DNA from: an uncultured virus (IMG/VR IMGVR_UViG_3300022936_000008)
Lineage: Duplodnaviria > Heunggongvirae > Uroviricota > Caudoviricetes
Direction: 5' to 3' (one strand)
Virus record (IMG/VR): IMGVR_UViG_3300022936_000008
DNA length: 64,000 nt
Each line of letters begins with the position of its first letter. Within the stretch, counting starts at the first letter, position 1. The position numbers were made by a program, and so were the translations under genes. The notes beneath the pieces were generated by a model. It searched no databases, was not told where the DNA came from, and saw only the letters and a program-made list of their open reading frames with translations. Of this stretch, positions 61,901 to 64,000 are shown in pieces.

Positions 61901-64000
61901 ATCACTCCTTACCACTTCATAGCTTACTAACTCATCTCTTTCTTTTTGAGTTAATAAATCATTTTCAACAGCTATGTCTAAGAAAACATTTATAATATTC
62001 TCATCTATAGATACACCTAGTGGGAAAATTATCGAGGAAGCAAATGGTGCTAAAGATGTGCTCCACATAAAAGGTGCTACTTTATTATCCGGCATTTTAA
62101 AATGTCTAATGGGTTTGCACCTGAAGTCAATTAAAGAGCTACCGTTGCCATCCTCTGCCCAAATGTAATTTCCATCTACATCAACACCTGTTGTGAATTC
62201 ATCTTCAAATCTTGCTAATTGACTGTCTGATAAAGCCTCTAATGAGGTCGGTTTTATTTTTAATCTCGCCGAATTATAAAGTTCTGCATTATCTGGGTAC
62301 ACTTCTTCACTTTCCCAATATGCAAACTCACCTTGTCTGTAAGGTAACGCTTTGCAACTTTGAACAATAGGGACTTCATATTGACAAGTTGAAGTGTAAG
62401 TTTCTTTTTTATCTAAGGTTATTGATGTATATTCAATATCTATCCTAGAATATTCTATATTTCTTGTTACAATAGAAAAACAGCCATCTGTAGGTGCTGT
62501 TCTATACTTAAGTACAACTCCGCCAACCTCGCCGCAATCTGGTTTCCAAAATTCTGTAACTATTTTATTGTCGATTGCAATATAAAAATCTGCACCTGTG
62601 AATACTCCTAAATTTTCCACAGTCACTACATCGCTGTCATTTGTATAAGTGATGATTAGTTCACCAGCCACTGTCTCAAACTTGTATAAATCTCCTTTTG
62701 TCAAATCTACGAGTTTTGCAAATAATGGCACTGTAGAATTACACTTATTGTACAAACTCATTCTGACTATTTGTCCATCAGCATTGCTATCATCAGGTGC
62801 GGGGTCTAATTGTTTTGAAATTTCCACTATCAGTGATGGCCTTTCGTTCATACTCCCTTTAAACCATAAAGCTCCTTTATGAAGTTTGTTTGACCAACCC
62901 GTACCTAAATCTACGGTTTCTTTTGTCAGTTCTAGGTCAATCTCTGCATCAGCTCCGTAATAATAGTGGGAGTAGGACAGCGATGGGTTGTTTACACTTG
63001 TTAAATTTTGTATTTCTTCGGCGGAAGCGCAAGATATGTTAGAGCTGTTTTCATTTCTTTTAAATATGCCTCTTCTGTCGGTTGTATTGGCACATCCCAT
63101 ATAATCATTCTCGAATTCTACATCGCTTGGAGTGCTACCATCTGTGTTTATCAAATAAAGATTACAGCTTACAGGGGCTTTCATTCTGCCATAATCCGTC
63201 GGAAATTCTTTCTCTATTTTTGTTACTTTTTCTTTTCCATCGGGGCCATCTCCTGTAACGCTGCCTCTTCTGACTAATAATTCTTCTTTTGTAAGCGTTG
63301 GTTCACTACATCCCTCAAAAATCGGTTCACAATGTTCATCATTATAACAATTTTTGTCTATGTAGGCGCAAAATGGGTATGGGTTTCCAACAGGTGTTTC
63401 ACAATCTACGCTTGCGCAATTTCCTGCAATAATTGTGTCAGCAATAAAATTTTCAAGAGTGTCGAATGTCTCGCCTGTTTCAATTGAAAATTGGGCGGGA
63501 GGTAAAACTGCAATTGAATCAATCAAACAGACTTTAGTTACTTCTTCTTCAACCGTATTGGTTGGTATATCGTCATTGGAGCAAAATTCGTCACTAAGTG
63601 CTGCATCATTATAATACTGCCAACGCTTAGTTCTTTCTGTTGTAATACAAGTGTTAAGGTTTGCCTCGATTGACATTCTATCGAGGGACTCTTCGTCTAC
63701 CTCGGTTAAATCTATTTCGTTAGCCTGTCTACCTATAAATGGAAAAATCCTTGATACACTTCCGTCTTTTGATAAGAACCTTGCCCCAAAAGCATACACT
63801 TCATCTCTGTTGTAGCCTTTGTAAATTGAAGTTGCAACCCCGTCTTTATAAAGATCCTCTTTTGCTATGGCTGTTTGCCATTTTAAATATTGAGAAAAGA
63901 GATTAACTACGGGCTGTAAATTGATTTCTCTTTTGGCTGTTGTTCCATACTGAAAAAGGTATCCATTGGACGCTACAAGACCTTTAACTTTATCATATCT
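58976..64000 (-). CDS. Tail stabilisation/muzzle protein, crAss-like (5'-truncated; frame open to window end)
   Basis: Frame continues 67 codons upstream of the called GTG and reads KGYNRDEVYAFG; also GEFAYWES, PIRHFKMPD, FGGDIFISRY, WTIAY motifs and a Cys-rich insert. Confidence 0.75.
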   Translation of the reverse strand, partial: RYDKVKGLVASNGYLFQYGTTAKREINLQPVVNLFSQYLKWQTAIAKEDLYKDGVATSIYKGYNRDEVYAFGARFLSKDGSVSRIFPFIGRQANEIDLTEVDEESLDRMSIEANLNTCITTERTKRWQYYNDAALSDEFCSNDDIPTNTVEEEVTKVCLIDSIAVLPPAQFSIETGETFDTLENFIADTIIAGNCASVDCETPVGNPYPFCAYIDKNCYNDEHCEPIFEGCSEPTLTKEELLVRRGSVTGDGPDGKEKVTKIEKEFPTDYGRMKAPVSCNLYLINTDGSTPSDVEFENDYMGCANTTDRRGIFKRNENSSNISCASAEEIQNLTSVNNPSLSYSHYYYGADAEIDLELTKETVDLGTGWSNKLHKGALWFKGSMNERPSLIVEISKQLDPAPDDSNADGQIVRMSLYNKCNSTVPLFAKLVDLTKGDLYKFETVAGELIITYTNDSDVVTVENLGVFTGADFYIAIDNKIVTEFWKPDCGEVGGVVLKYRTAPTDGCFSIVTRNIEYSRIDIEYTSITLDKKETYTSTCQYEVPIVQSCKALPYRQGEFAYWESEEVYPDNAELYNSARLKIKPTSLEALSDSQLARFEDEFTTGVDVDGNYIWAEDGNGSSLIDFRCKPIRHFKMPDNKVAPFMWSTSLAPFASSIIFPLGVSIDENIINVFLDIAVENDLLTQKERDELVSYEVVRSDRIGNKSVIASGYLYDMRLAGQTLYANYPYNDLGVDKLNQLDFNGESNHNFTFHSPETDFEKIVIPSELKVEGYVFGRSKGNFAEVKDHPRWVILGAKSKDLALRLAGLEAASELAAETANSAETFQLGFGLTAIFNVAGIVLGIISAVTGALSTVVRIGRYRYEWLQTFRNLGSPRNFAYYYTSEGFYNYLRPIQEENNLVRGINVGKNLREGTFKTINEVNGEKISINNKKRERSVFLSLGREFPLTWEDEYANYDNNKIDTSVSSMSFAGELGNCADGQGEELMKNIASPYVKLKNYTSGQYGTIGSINWLFTGYKGNLLEPQTSCNSIFGGDIFISRYELKRKMPIFSEDAMQVASLTPFNYRQYINIGAPLFWCDYEVGGESSVESLVFPDINSDYNFDCQAGTRDMYVRSPSKFYLYYYGIPNILCETEINTNFRYGGLEPKDSFASNVGDIIEWTQEKNVSITEVEKFQYNNVYSRPVTRTTFDTRLWPDNYSSEIEEKKRIANNNVIYSLQDNSENDSFDPWLIYRALDKYEFPKKYGNLIHLKDLESATILGRFENQQVLFNAIDTLSNQQNQITIETGNAGIFQKRPLEFKSTDLGFAGTQNTDMVSTPYGHYTVDAQRGKIFQLDQTGRDLQPISDFIGKDSSGMKNWFKEHLPFKLLKQFPNVDIDNKYKGIGISMGWDARFDRVFITKKDYIAKNLECLDYNEEIGFYDSCAEEPVAIYFDDAEYFEDVSWTIAYKVTDASWLSYYSFKPEYYIGQNEYYQTGKNFGTEKESLWNHLLRRNSYQVFYGEKFPFTVEIPVKNEGVNKMLSNISLEVEARRYTSDWDYSNDIRLGFNRVEVHNATNSSGLVNLKLQKSLTELANYPQTNTAKTEQTILFTALDDKHNFNYLYNRTQNQNNRVPLHIWDTNRINRNINPIAVNFKHTKTVLERLRGNYFAIRLTQDNSSQFQFTLKNAITTTDIY

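Noticed and set aside
1288..63277. Antisense ORFs in the track (for example 1288-1725, 20485-20673, 39670-40002, 50870-51277, 56084-56476, 63008-63277)
   Set aside because: They lie opposite well-supported genes and show no motifs; treated as shadow ORFs
1..64000. Stop-codon reassignment (TAG or TGA), known in some crAss-like phages
   Set aside because: Long genes are uninterrupted in the standard code, and TAA, TGA and TAG all end genes at tight gene junctions
1..64000. CRISPR array, diversity-generating retroelement, integrase or transposase
   Set aside because: No regularly spaced repeats, reverse transcriptase motifs, or recombinase/transposase motifs seen

Overview
A 64-kb AT-rich segment of a lytic dsDNA phage of a Bacteroidota host, probably Flavobacteriaceae, with crAss-like podoviral organisation. 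Host-type TAnnTTTG promoters recur throughout. The + arm (1-30.96 kb) carries many small ORFs plus a secreted reprolysin-FN3 metalloprotease, HNH nucleases, a Dam-type methylase, MazG, NADAR, a DnaB-like helicase, a family A DNA polymerase, a VirE-N/primase-like protein and a T5 A1-like phosphoesterase. The converging - arm (31-64 kb) carries the 3' part of the tail stabilisation/muzzle gene, six large virion cargo (ejection) proteins, and an operon of nucleotide and RNA-repair-type enzymes. Capsid, portal and terminase genes are not in the window. Main observations: (1) the three last cargo proteins have only four cysteines in 4,671 residues, all at the gene-to-gene junction termini, suggesting a head-to-tail disulfide-linked ejection chain, and the middle member lacks the crAss virion RNA polymerase motif; (2) a repeated xQ[QEK]GG motif in two other cargo proteins; (3) a genome-wide over-represented CCGCCG/CGGCGG core flanked by A/T tracts, with a stand-alone tandem AP2 protein as candidate reader; (4) a cluster of three structured ncRNA candidates at 2.19-2.40 kb; (5) a perfect 22-bp inverted repeat with copies 50 kb apart. 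All family assignments come from motif recognition by eye; no database searches were run.
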